A stretch of DNA of 63,157 nucleotides, counting the filler, from Octopus bimaculoides (Eukaryota), in assembly GCF_001194135.2 (NCBI RefSeq). It is 9 parts of 7 records of this genome, joined end to end, with 100 filler letters (N's around TTAATTAATTAA, not from the genome) between each part and the next. Parts side by side here need not be neighbours in the genome. Positions count along the whole stretch, not along the records: positions 46,202 to 57,734 come from NC_068991.1; positions 57,835 to 59,981 come from NW_026376398.1; positions 60,082 to 63,157 come from NC_068983.1; 6 more parts are not named here. One strand, written 5' to 3'. Below, piece after piece: positions 51,918 through 63,157 of the stretch. Position 1 is the first letter of the stretch, and each line of letters opens with the position of its first letter. A program made the position numbers and the translations under genes. Under the pieces are notes generated by a model. It saw only the letters and a program-made list of their open reading frames with translations, was not told the origin of the DNA and searched no databases.

Positions 51918-52893
51918 ATGGTACTATCCTATCAAAATGTCTTGTACCTGGCTGGAACTTTGTACCAATCATAAATCTGGCCTGTGGCCCTCAGCAGCTT
52001 GTCTTATAGAAACTCCCAGTTGTTTTTTATGTTACAAGTCTTTATCTCCATCTCCCCCCCCCCCACACCTTGTTGTGTGCATCAACTAAGATTTCTATGT
52101 ACCTGTGACTGTTCAAAGACCCTTTCAGCTTTCACATATTGCTTCTTCAGACTATCTTGTGTTCACAACAAAAACTAATGATAATTAATCATTAGTCTAT
52201 GTTGAGTCATATATTTTTTTTTTACCAGAGAATGACTAAGCATTCACAGCCATCTGGCTATCTCACTGATTGGTGACTACGAAGTCTGTCTTACCTGTGT
52301 GTCTTACCTGTGTGACTGTCTAGCTGGTTTTTTGACATCAGTGCTGTGAATAATCATTTTCAATAGAGAACTCCAGGAATCTTGATCTTACTGTATCCAT
52401 GACAACTGTATGTACCAGATAAACCATTATGCTGTTGCCTAGCATATGTTTAAATCCCCATCGTTGTTATTAATTTCGTATTATGGCACAAAGCCAGCAA
52501 TTTTGAGGAAAGCAGGTAAGTCAATTACATCAACCCCAGTGCTCAACTGGTACTTATTTTATTGGCCCCAAAAGGATGAAGAGTAAAGCTGACCTTAGCA
52601 GAGTTTCAATTCAGAACATAAGGATAAACGAAATGCTGCTAAGCATTTTCTCCAGCTTGCTAATGACTCTGCCAGCTCAGTGCCTTATCCAAAATCACCA
52701 TTATTAAACTGGTGTAAAGTAATGAGCAAGCAGAATTGTTAGATCACTGAACAAAATGCTTTGCAATGTGTTTTCTGGTTCTTTATGATCTCACTTTAAA
52801 TCACACCAGTATCAATTTTGCCTTTTTCATCCTTTCAAGGTCAATAAAATTAGTTCCATTTGAGGGTAACTGATTAACCCCTCCTCCTAACAT

Positions 52894-53300
52894 TACTCTT
52901 TTACTGTTTTACTTGTTTCAGTCATTTGACTGCGGCCATGCTGGAGCACCGCCTTTTAGTCGAGCAAATCGACCCCAGGACTTATTCTTTGGAAGCCTAG
53001 TACTTATACTATCGGTCTCTTTTTGCCGAACCACTAAGTAACGGGGACGTAAACACACCAGCATCGGTTGTCAAGCGATGTTGGAGAGACAAACACAGAC
53101 ACACAAACACACATACATACATATATATATATATACGACGGGCTTCTTTCAGTTTCCATCTACCAAATCCACTCACAAGGCTTTGGTCAGCCTGAGGCTA
53201 TAGTAGAAGACACTTGCCCAAGGTGCCACGCAGTGGGACTGAACCCGGAACCATGTGGCTGGTAAGCAAGCAACTTACCACACAGCCACTCCTGCGCCTA
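52894..53300 (-). mobile_element. Full-length SINE family A
   Basis: Same structure as 30128-30545. Confidence 0.85.
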
Positions 53301-53533
53301 TGCATTGCTAACTAATTATGTAACTAATTAACCCCCTCCTCCTAACATTGCTAACTAATTATGTAACTAATTAACCCCCTCCTAACATTCCTGACCAATT
53401 ATTAAGCTGGTGTTTGGAACATAAATTAACTTGAAATTTTGATGGAATATTTTGATTTAGACTACTTTAAAACTGAAAGTTTGTAACATGAAACCAGAGG
53501 TGGTCTCAAGAAGTTTGGAATCAAAAGGATTAA

Positions 53534-53758
53534 CCCTTTTGATATTAGCCCAGCTGAAGCTGGCTCTGGCTCTGTAGTACAAATGCCTTGTTTTCATAAG
53601 TTTTAAATTAAAATCTTCCACCAAATCTTTGTCACAATTTATGTTCTTAACACCAGCTTAATAATGATAACTGAATTATTTTACTAAATTCTTTGTTATA
53701 TTTAAAATTAATTGAAAGAAACACAAATCGTCTCAAAATAAATACAGTAACAAAAGGG
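53534..53758. mobile_element. piggyBac-type MITE, same family as 46303
   Basis: TTAA|CCCTTTTGAT...GTAACAAAAGGG|TTAA; colinear with 46303-46521. Confidence 0.85.
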
Positions 53759-54149
53759 TTAAAGTATGATTATAAAGTTAGCCCATTGAAGGCCAATTCA
53801 ACTATGATCATTATAAATTTTTACGTTTTCTTGTATGTATGTATGTATGTATGTATTTGTGATTCATCATAATACCGTTGGCCATTTATGTGTTGTGCAT
53901 GCAACATGATGAAACGTTGATAGGACACTCCAGGTATATGTAATTTGATAAGTCTCCAACATAGAACAGCTAAATCAACATGTACCATCATATGCCAATG
54001 ATATTCATTAGCCTGCAGTCAATTATCATTGACTACATTAACTCAGTTACAACCACAGTTTTTATTAACCCTACCTTTATCCCACATTTTCACTGAGTTT
54101 ACACTAATTAGTTAGTTCTCTCCATGCAATGATCTCTCCATGCCATGAT

Positions 54150-54330
54150 GCTGCAATATGATCTCTCCAACCAGCTTTGTTTTCTGCCACTGTTCTGATC
54201 TCATACCAGCTTCTCACCCTTTTCATCTCCTTTCATTGTCAATGGTCCTTTGCCATGTGGTTTTAGAGCACCCTGCTGCTCTTTTCCCCTCAGTCTGTCA
54301 CTTCTGTGCCACCATACAATCAGTTTCTCG
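54150..54330 (-). mobile_element. RTE LINE C-terminal remnant
   Basis: RLRGKRAAGCSKTTWQRTID resembles the G.R..GRPK.TW.RT motif. Confidence 0.5.
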
Positions 54331-55071
54331 ATCTTGTCTGAAGACATGCTCAATCCAGTTAACACTTCTACTCTGCCTTCTATCCAACATTTTCACTTAC
54401 TTAACGCTGGTGCTCTACCTTTTATCCAACATTTTTCACCGAGTTATCAGTAGTAGGATACTAGACTATGACAATCTAATGTCTTCATGCAACAAATAAT
54501 TATTTAGAAAGACATTGAAGATAAAAAAAAAAAAGCATTAAAAAATGATTACACCAAGGGATTGTAACGTGAAAAATGTGAAAAACGGAAAAAGTTTGCT
54601 AAAGAAATATCAATGAAAGAAAGAAGTTTATAAAAAAATCAATATTGAGATCTTGCTAGATTACACCACACCAATGAAGCTAGTTTAGTATTACTATGAT
54701 CAATGCTGCTTCACTGTTCAACTACAGCACTTTCACAATTTGGACTTAAATGCTTTTTTTCTTTTCAGCTTTAATTGTGTAACAACATTAGATTGCAATT
54801 AAATTAAACATGTTTTATATAACTAAACATGTTTTATATAAATTAGTAATGATTTAATGTGTGACATTCAGAGTGGTTATCGAGTTCATATCTCGGAAAC
54901 ATTATTGTTCTTTTCTTTTTAACATTCTATCTATTTTTTTTTTTTTTTTACATATTTTTCTGGAATCATTGCAAGAACGCTAATTGATGTTTTATTGCAT
55001 TCGGTTTTTTTTCCTATATCAGCTTTTTTTAAAATTATATATACTTTATCTTTCTGTTTTCTCATCCTCCA

Positions 55072-55537
55072 TCTTTTACTTTCATCTTTTACTTGTTTCA
55101 GTCATTAGACAGTGGCCATGCTGGGGCACCACTTTGAAGAGCTTTCAGTCACATGAATTGACAAGGTAATTATTTTCTTTTTTTTTAAGCCTATCAGTCT
55201 CATTTGCTGAACAGCTAAGTTATGGGGATATAAACACATCAATGCTAGTTGTCAAGTAGTGGTGTGGAATAAATACAGATACAAAGATACACACACAGAT
55301 AGACATACACATGTACACACACACACACACACACATACACACACACACATATACTGATATATATATATGTATACAATGGGCTTCTTTCAATTTCCATCTA
55401 CCAAATCCACTCACAAGGCTTTGGTTGGCCTAAGGCTATAGTAGAAGACACTTGACCAAGGTGCCATGCAGTGGCATTGAACCTAGTACCATGTGGTTGA
55501 GAACCAAGCTTCTTACCACACAGCCACATCTGCACCT
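55072..55537 (-). mobile_element. Full-length SINE family A, CpG-decayed
   Basis: Family A with CG to TG/CA changes. Confidence 0.85.
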
Positions 55538-55552
55538 GTATATATATATACA

Positions 55553-55609
<57 letters not shown>

Positions 55610-56455
55610 TCAATATAGCATGATTCAAAATCCGTGGTACTTCAAGTTTCAAAATGTGATGCTAATCTTCAGCCATTGAAAATTTGAATTTCAAATTTCC
55701 GATGGGTGAGGATTATCATCACACTTTGAAAATTGAAATGCCACAGAATGTGAATCAAACTGTTTTAATCCATATATGTCACTCCCAATAAATGTGTGGA
55801 GTGCCCTTCTTTCATTTGTTCACTTACTTGTATGTATGTATGTATATATNNNNNNNNNNNNNNNNNNNNNNNNNNNNNNNNNNNNNNNNNNNNNNNNNNN
55901 NNNNNNNNNNNNNNNNNNNNNNNNNNNNNNNNNNNNNNNNNNNNNNNNNNNNNNNNNNNNNNNNNNNNNNNNNNNNNNNNNNNNNNNNNNNNNNNNNNNN
56001 NNNNNNNNNNNNNNNNNNNNNNNNNNNNNNNNNNNNNNNNNNNNNNNNNNNNNNNNNNNNNNNNNNNNNNNNNNNNNNNNNNNNNNNNNNNNNNNNNNNN
56101 NNNNNNNNNNNNNNNNNNNNNNNNNNNNNNNNNNNNNNNNNNNNNNNNNNNNNNNNNNNNNNNNNNNNNNNNNNNNNNNNNNNNNNNNNNNNNNNNNNNN
56201 NNNNNNNNNNNNNNNNNNNNNNNNNNNNNNNNNNNNNNNNNNNNNNNNNNNNNNNNNNNNNNNNNNNNNNNNNNNNNNNNNNNNNNNNNNNNNNNNNNNN
56301 NNNNNNNNNNNNNNNNNNNNNNNNNNNNNNNNNNNNNNNNNNNNNNNNNNNNNNNNNNNNNNNNNNNNNNNNNNNNNNNNNNNNNNNNNNNNNNNNNNNN
56401 NNNNNNNNNNNNNNNNNNNNNNNNNNNATATACATATATATATATATATATGTAT

Positions 56456-56516
<61 letters not shown>

Positions 56517-56908
56517 TTTTTATTCAGTTAAACTGATGAAAGTCACAAATTATTATTTACGGACACTTTTCCCATATTAATTGCAATAAATATTTTTTAG
56601 GAATAAATAAAAAAAAAAATGTAAGTCTGGAAGCTTCCATGTATAGACTGTGGAACTGATAATAATTCAGTGGAATGTAAAATGATGGATATTTAAACAT
56701 AAAAATTGTATATCATTTACATTACATACAAACAAGCAGAACACATGAACATACATACATACATACATACATACATTACGTGAACAGACAGACAAGCTGA
56801 CAGACATGCAGACAGGTAGATAAGCAGACGGCTAGATATAGCAGTACAGGTATTCTTTGTCACAGAGGTGTCTGTAAATCCAAATGGGTACTCAATGCAT
56901 TTGAAGGT

Positions 56909-56960
<52 letters not shown>

Positions 56961-57302
56961 GTTTGTCTGCACTTATGACTGTGTGTGTGGGGAGGGGTAA
57001 AATATAAAAATATATTTATAAAGTATATTCATATATAATACATACACATACACACACATATAGAGAGATACATACACAGCAACATATCCCCCCCACACAC
57101 ACACTTGTTTGCCTGAGGATTCTTCAGGTTCTGCCTGGGAGATTGGGAGATGTCATCAAAGCTAGTTATATATATATAGAGAGAGACAATGCAAAAAGGT
57201 ATTTTCATTAATAATAGAGACTAAAAAGAGGATTGATGTGAGGGTATGGGTAAGACGCAATGAGTTAAAATTTGTAGCTGGCGTTATTCTTTTTTTTATT
57301 TT

Positions 57303-57684
57303 TTGCACTCCGTCGCTTACGACGTCGAGGGTTCCAGTTGATCCGATCAACGGAACAGCCTGCTCGTGAAATTAACGTGCAAGTGACTGAGCACTCCATA
57401 GACACGTGTACCCTTAACGTAGTTCTCAGGGATATTCAGCGTGACACAGAGTGTGAGAAGGCTGACCCTTTGAATTACAGGCACAACAGAAGCAGGAAGT
57501 AAGAGTGAGAGAAAGTTGTGGTGGAAGAGTACAGCAGGGTTCGCCACCATCTCCCGCTGGAGCCTCATGGAGCATTCAGATGTTTTCGCTCAATAAACAC
57601 TCACAACGTCCGGTCTGGGAATCGAAACCGCGATCCTATGACCGCAAATCCGCTGCCCTAACCACTGGGCCATTGCGCCTCCAC
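57303..57684 (-). mobile_element. Full-length SINE family C
   Basis: Reverse complement of 51531-51917. Confidence 0.85.
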
Positions 57685-57734
57685 AGTTGGGGTTATACAT
57701 AGTATTTAATTGCATGTGTGTATTCTTTTATTAA

Positions 57735-57834
57735 NNNNNNNNNNNNNNNNNNNNNNNNNNNNNNNNNNNNNNNNNNNNTTAATTAATTAANNNNNNNNNN
57801 NNNNNNNNNNNNNNNNNNNNNNNNNNNNNNNNNN
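57735..57834. other. Artificial concatenation linker
   Basis: N44-TTAATTAATTAA-N44. Confidence 0.95.
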
Positions 57835-57924
57835 AATGATGACAACGATAAGGACGATGGTGATGGGGGTGGTGTTGGTGATGTTTGTGGAGATATTAGT
57901 AGCAGCAACAGTAGTAGTAGTAAC

Positions 57925-57974
<50 letters not shown>

Positions 57975-58002
57975 GAGGAGGAGGAGGAGGAGGCCTATTG
58001 TT

Positions 58003-58045
<43 letters not shown>

Positions 58046-58058
58046 CCATCATCATCAC

Positions 58059-58089
<31 letters not shown>

Positions 58090-58274
58090 GGGCGAAATGC
58101 TTAGCCGTATTTCGTCTATCTTTACGTTCTGAGTTCAAATTCCACCATGGTTGACTTTACCTTTCATCCTTTCTGGGTCGATAAATTAAGTACCAGTTGC
58201 GTACTGCGGTTTATCTAATCGACTGTCTCCCTCCCCACAAATTTTAGGTCCTCTGTCTTTGGTAGAAAGGGCTA

Positions 58275-58351
<77 letters not shown>

Positions 58352-58585
58352 GAGTGAGAGAGCAGTGCAATGCCATCAAAGTGACACTGGGGGTACAAAT
58401 ATACGAAGCCCAATATACCCATCGTGACTACCCGTCTGATTAAGGGTACACCAGGCACATGCATCACAACCACATGTGCGCGACATGGTGATCTCATATC
58501 AAGATGAACAGCGCATGACTTCGTAGGTGGGTCCCAGTTAGAATTTTCTTCAGGTCGAGTAGCCCATCCTGTTCAAAAGGTCTTG
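58352..58585. mobile_element. Repeat abutting an (ATT)n array; possibly the end of a TAA-targeting Dong-type element
   Basis: Starts exactly at the end of (ATT)n 58277-58351 (GAGTGAGAGAGCAGTG...); family assignment from memory, no coding evidence. Confidence 0.35.
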
Positions 58586-59309
58586 TAAAATATAATGTGT
58601 CTTGAATGACACACCAATGCACTATTATAACAACAACAGACTATAATAACTGTTATAATTTAATCATCCATGGTCTGATATAATATTTCGGAATACAAAA
58701 ATTCCTTCGTCCGATATCCTTAGGAATTGATCGAGTCATTGCTATAATCGGTTTTCCAACGGTTTTTTCTTTTCTTTCCTGGAAGCGTCTCAGTAGTGGT
58801 CTCACGAAACTCTTTCCGGAATTCCTCATGAGAAGTGCTTGAGGGCGGCCATGTCTCAAGCTCATGTGTGCTGGTTCTTCTTCTTCTTCTTCTTCTTCTT
58901 CTTCTTCTTCTTCTTCTTCTTCTTCTTCTTCTTCTTCTTCTTCTAACCAAGCCGTCCGATGAACGGGAACGTGAAACTCCAAGTAACAATTCTTTGTGAT
59001 ATTTCTGCTGNNNNNNNNNNNNNNNNNNNNNNNNNNNNNNNNNNNNNNNNNNNNNNNNNNNNNNNNNNNNNNNNNNNNNNNNNNNNNNNNNNNNNNNNNN
59101 NNNNNNNNNNNNNNNNNNNNNNNNNNNNNNNNNNNNNNNNNNNNNNNNNNNNNNNNNNNNNNNNNNNNNNNNNNNNNNNNNNNNNNNNNNNNNNNNNNNN
59201 NNNNNNNNNNNNNNNNNNNNNNNNNNNNNNNNNNNNNNNNNNNNNNNNNNNNNNNNNNNNNNNNNNNNNNNNNNNNNNNNNNNNNNNNNNNNNATATAGG
59301 GTGAAGGAT

Positions 59310-59642
59310 AAAGACGTCCTTCGATCGTGAATGACCATGGAATCGCACCTAGAAAGTTCCCATCCGAGGCACAAGTCCGTGCAAGGTTGTTTATGGGAGA
59401 CCAGCAGGCGCCCATGCATACCAGCGTCCCCTCTCCATGCCACCCATGTTATCCAATGGAAAGTCAAAGGGGCCGATACAGCTTGGCACCAGTGATGTCG
59501 CAATTGATTTCTACAGCTGAGTGAAATGGAGCAACATGAAATAAAGTGTTTTGATCAAGAACGTAACACACTACCTGGTCCGGGAATCGAACTCACTACC
59601 TCACGATTGTGAGCCCGACGCACCAACCACTGGGTCATGCCC
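59310..59642 (-). mobile_element. tRNA-headed SINE (another family)
   Basis: Minus-strand head GCATGACCCAGTGG...GTGAGTTCGATTCCCGGACC (A- and B-box-like). Confidence 0.65.
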
Positions 59643-59672
59643 CTTCACACACACATACACTGACAGAGAGAC

Positions 59673-59714
<42 letters not shown>

Positions 59715-59767
59715 TACATAGATAGACAGATAGATAGATGGGGAGAGAGAGAGACAGACAGATAGAC

Positions 59768-59798
<31 letters not shown>

Positions 59799-59981
59799 TA
59801 GACAGATAGATAGATAGACAGACAGATAGATAAATAGATAGTACATAGATAGATAGATAGAGAGATAGAGAGACAGACAGACAGACAGATAGATAAACAG
59901 ATAGATAGATAGATAGATAGGTGAAACGCAGATGAGAGGCGGGACAGAGGTCAGAGAAAGAGACGAAGGTGAGTGCATGTG

Positions 59982-60081
59982 NNNNNNNNNNNNNNNNNNN
60001 NNNNNNNNNNNNNNNNNNNNNNNNNTTAATTAATTAANNNNNNNNNNNNNNNNNNNNNNNNNNNNNNNNNNNNNNNNNNNN
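59982..60081. other. Artificial concatenation linker
   Basis: N44-TTAATTAATTAA-N44. Confidence 0.95.
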
Positions 60082-60327
60082 CTCCGTACACACATACACT
60101 CTCACGTGTCTCCACATGTATACCTACACCCATATACATATACACTCATATATTTGCGCCACAGACCTAATTCCAGTAAGATATATAGAGATGAATATAC
60201 CTCTTCCTTAATTTCGAACTTGTGCCTATACACATTCCGGTAATTCCTATTTATAAAATGCATACGTATGTCTATACATATGTAGACATCTGTAAGCTTT
60301 AAACGTTATTTTATTAACTAGGTGACC

Positions 60328-60543
60328 CCTGAAGTGGATCCAACAAAAGCGTACCCCTACTGTGGATGACAACAGGTAACCTAAACTGTACTGGTGCTCA
60401 ACTCAACATTTAAACACACTAATCAACTTATATATATATATAAGTTGATTAGTGTGTTTAAATGTTGAGTTGAGCACCAGTACAGTTTAGGTTACCTGTT
60501 GTCATCCACAGTAGGGGTACACTTTTGTTGGATCCACTTCAGG
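60328..60543. repeat. 216-bp loopless palindrome centred on (TA)n
   Basis: 108-bp arms, centre between 60435 and 60436, one mismatch (60350 versus 60521). Confidence 0.95.
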
Positions 60544-60940
60544 AACTCCACAGTGGCAGTTAGGATAATAATATTAATTAGCAGGAGATGGATTCAATAT
60601 TAAAACTTTATTGGGTACAACATATGATTTGACCTATCAGTCTGGGTCTCATCAGCTAAATCCATAAAGATATGTCTCACTACAGATTTTTACTGATGGC
60701 CAGCATGTTGTTATATGGCCATCAAGTATTACAGAAACGCAAGAAATTCAAATATGAAGGTGGAAATCTTGCGTTCCAGCTTAGATAAAATAACCTAATC
60801 AGCTTCCATTGTCATAACTGCTTACAGGAAAAAGAAAGTAGAAGGAGAAAGGAAGATTAATACTTAATAAGAAGTTTTATGTTCAATCATATACATACAA
60901 ACAGACAGAGGCACATATACACACACACACACACACATAT

Positions 60941-61019
<79 letters not shown>

Positions 61020-61021
61020 TA

Positions 61022-61465
61022 CAGGGTGTCCCAAAAAATGTATACATAATTGTAAAGAAGGTGTTTATTAAAATACATTTCATTTTCAAAATTTAATAGA
61101 ATCTGCAGACATCATTTTATTGTTTTGTCAGCACCTGTTTTCAAACTGACGTCCGTTCTGGTCCGGGCACTGATGACAACACAACGCAAGGGAATCGCAA
61201 ATATCACGAAACAATTCCTTTGGTATCTGTGTGCATTCTCGTTCAATGGCTGCTCTCAAATCAGCGACTGTTGCATGTTTCATAGTGTAGACTTTGTCTT
61301 TTAGGTATCCTCATAAAAAAGTTTAGTGGTGTGAGGTCTGGTGAACACGGAGGGTATTCAACGAAATCCCTTTGTCCAATCCACCTATTTGGCAAGATCT
61401 CATCAAGGAAGGATCTAACATAGCGATGGTGCCCCTTCTTGCTGAAAATAAAACACGTTATTTGT
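61022..61465 (-). mobile_element. Tc1/mariner rosa (DD41D)-type transposon 3' fragment
   Basis: TA|CAGGGTGTCCC TIR; FQQEGAP/HRYVRSFLDEILPNRWIGQRDFVEYPPCSPDLTPLNFF/GYLKDKVY...; the 41-residue spacing assumes a deletion of about 11 nt. Confidence 0.75.
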
Positions 61466-61469
61466 ATAC

Positions 61470-62390
61470 GGTTCTTGTTTAGTATATGTTTCACGATTAC
61501 AGTTCAAGAGGTTTTAACTCAGGGGAATTAATCCAAGTTGGGAGTGTTAGGCTTGCATCAGTCAGGTGTGGTTTAGATTGTAGTATTTGAACGTGTGTTT
61601 AGCTGTATGCATGCACTTGGATAATCGTTCCGTAAATCTGTTTATAATGCACTCCTTCATTAATAATATTGAGAGTGGCTCCTCAGAACATAACTGGTAT
61701 TTCTGGGATAATGTGTTATAGGGACTCGCATGTCTAATTATGGGTCATGTCAGGTCGTATTTTGTCTTCTCTTCCTTGAGCCTCCAGATAAAATCGGCCA
61801 ATGATGTTACATGCTGCTTAAGGATTTTTCGGAAGCTAACAATGTGGTTGCGATATCGATTTTTGAAAATATCAGCTGATGCACCGATATATACGTAGGG
61901 GCTTCCTCTCGCATTTACTTTGCACTTATACACCACATTTTTGGTGGTGCATTGACTGTCCAAGGGACATTTAGATCTGTCCCTGAATGAGCATAATTGG
62001 TCGGGGTTTTTTTTTGTTTGCAGCGAGCACCAGACGAATTGGTTCTGTTCAATACATTCGTGGTTAAGGTTATCCTATTATCATTTTTACTATTTCTGTG
62101 TACGTTTGTGTTGTTGTTTGAATTGTTGTTGGTGTGATGTGTTGTTTGGTTATTGTAGATATTGCAGTTGTTTTTTCTCAGTTGGTTGGTATTATAGTTC
62201 GAGTCATTATCACTTTGATGTATTAATTGGTTGGTATTTGCACTGTCTCTAGCTCGGTTATATGGGCAACAGTGAATTTTGGGGGGCTTATTTTGAATGC
62301 AGTCTGCTCGCTGTCATAGTTTATGATTATTAATCCTATGAATGTGATGCTCCATAGCAACATACCTCGTCGGAATCTACATCTTATCCC
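61470..62390 (-). mobile_element. Penelope-like element: linker, GIY-YIG endonuclease and 3' end
   Basis: CPLDSQCTTKNVVYKCKV..YVYIGAS..FKNRYRNH..SF..LADFIWRLK..ASPY..CMH. Confidence 0.88.
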
Positions 62391-62399
62391 AGATACAGT

Positions 62400-62725
62400 T
62401 ATATATTCCAGGAATGAGTGGAAGTCTATACAAGGACGACGCGTTATTCTTCATACATAGATGTAGTAAAGTACAGCGAGAGAAATACAAGAAAGCTTTA
62501 TTTAAGTTTTTTTAAAAGATTCGGACTCTCTATCACCATAAATAGCGAATACCGTAAAATAAACTTTTTAGACGCTACTCTCGATTTGGATACTGGTCTA
62601 CACGAACCGTTTCATAAACCCAATGAGTGCCTAACATACATAAACGTTGGATGTAATCATCCATCATCAATAATTAAGGGACTAGTTAAGAACGACTTGG
62701 CCAGAATATCTAGATTATCCACCTG
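62400..62725 (+). mobile_element. Penelope-like RT C-terminal fragment, inverted relative to the endonuclease
   Basis: LYKDDAL (YKDD at 62429-40), then +1 frameshift, FLDATLDL..PFHKPN..Y..CNHPSSIIK..RISRLS. Confidence 0.88.
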
Positions 62726-63035
62726 AGGCAAGTGTCTTCTACTATAGCCTCGGGCCAACCAAAGTGTTGTGAGTGGATTTGGTTGACGGAAACTGAAAGA
62801 AGCCCGTCGTATATATATATATATATATATATATATGTTTGTGTGTGTGAGTGTCTGTGTTTGTCCCCCTACCATCACTTGACAACCGATGCTGGTGTCC
62901 CCATAACTTAGCGGCTAGGCAAAAGTAACCGATAGAATAAGTACGAGGCTTACAAGGGATATGTCCTGAGGACGATTTCTTCGATTAATGGCAGTGCTCC
63001 AGCATGGCCGCAGACTGAAACGAGTAAAAGAATAC
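62724..63035 (+). mobile_element. SINE family A, 5'-truncated
   Basis: GGCAAGTGTCTTCTACTATAGCCTCGGG... to the AGTAAAAGAATA tail. Confidence 0.8.
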
Positions 63036-63111
63036 ACATTTGTGTGTATATATATATGTGAGTATATACATTTGTATACTTACCCTTATATACATGCGTG
63101 TGTGTGTGTGT

Positions 63112-63157
<46 letters not shown>

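Noticed and set aside
61470-61570. Possible hammerhead at the Penelope 3' end (minus strand, CTGACTGA...GTGAAACATAT)
   Set aside because: Non-canonical core, and I could not build convincing stems I and II.

Overview
AT-rich, microsatellite- and SINE-saturated animal DNA. The SINE repertoire looks Octopus-like; this is recognition from memory, not a database result. The window is not one locus. Eight identical 100-bp linkers (N44-TTAATTAATTAA-N44) join nine segments (1-20818, 20919-23787, 23888-30962, 31063-38219, 38320-40302, 40403-46101, 46202-57734, 57835-59981, 60082-63157), so adjacency across linkers cannot be interpreted. The only host-gene evidence is one 97-nt internal exon of IFT122 (29974-30070, +). 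Everything else recognisable is mobile DNA: several tRNA-derived SINE families; RTE, CR1 and R4/Dong LINE fragments; Penelope-like element (PLE) remnants; a Gypsy gag fragment; Helitron pieces including STPR repeats; a full-length dead Hsmar1-like mariner; a DD41D-type fragment; and piggyBac-type and 8-bp-TSD MITEs. The most interesting signal is a recurring association of long inverted repeats with minimal type I hammerhead ribozyme folds (23464-23556 best; also 40978-41017, 22612-22646 and a decayed one at 60618-60657). Other highlights are a PLE with twin-priming-like inversion geometry, a MITE with a back-to-back telomeric-repeat core, a Dong LINE inserted in its (TAA)n target, and an RTE ORF2 with an embedded PHD finger. 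Almost all supplied ORFs are microsatellite or N-gap artefacts.
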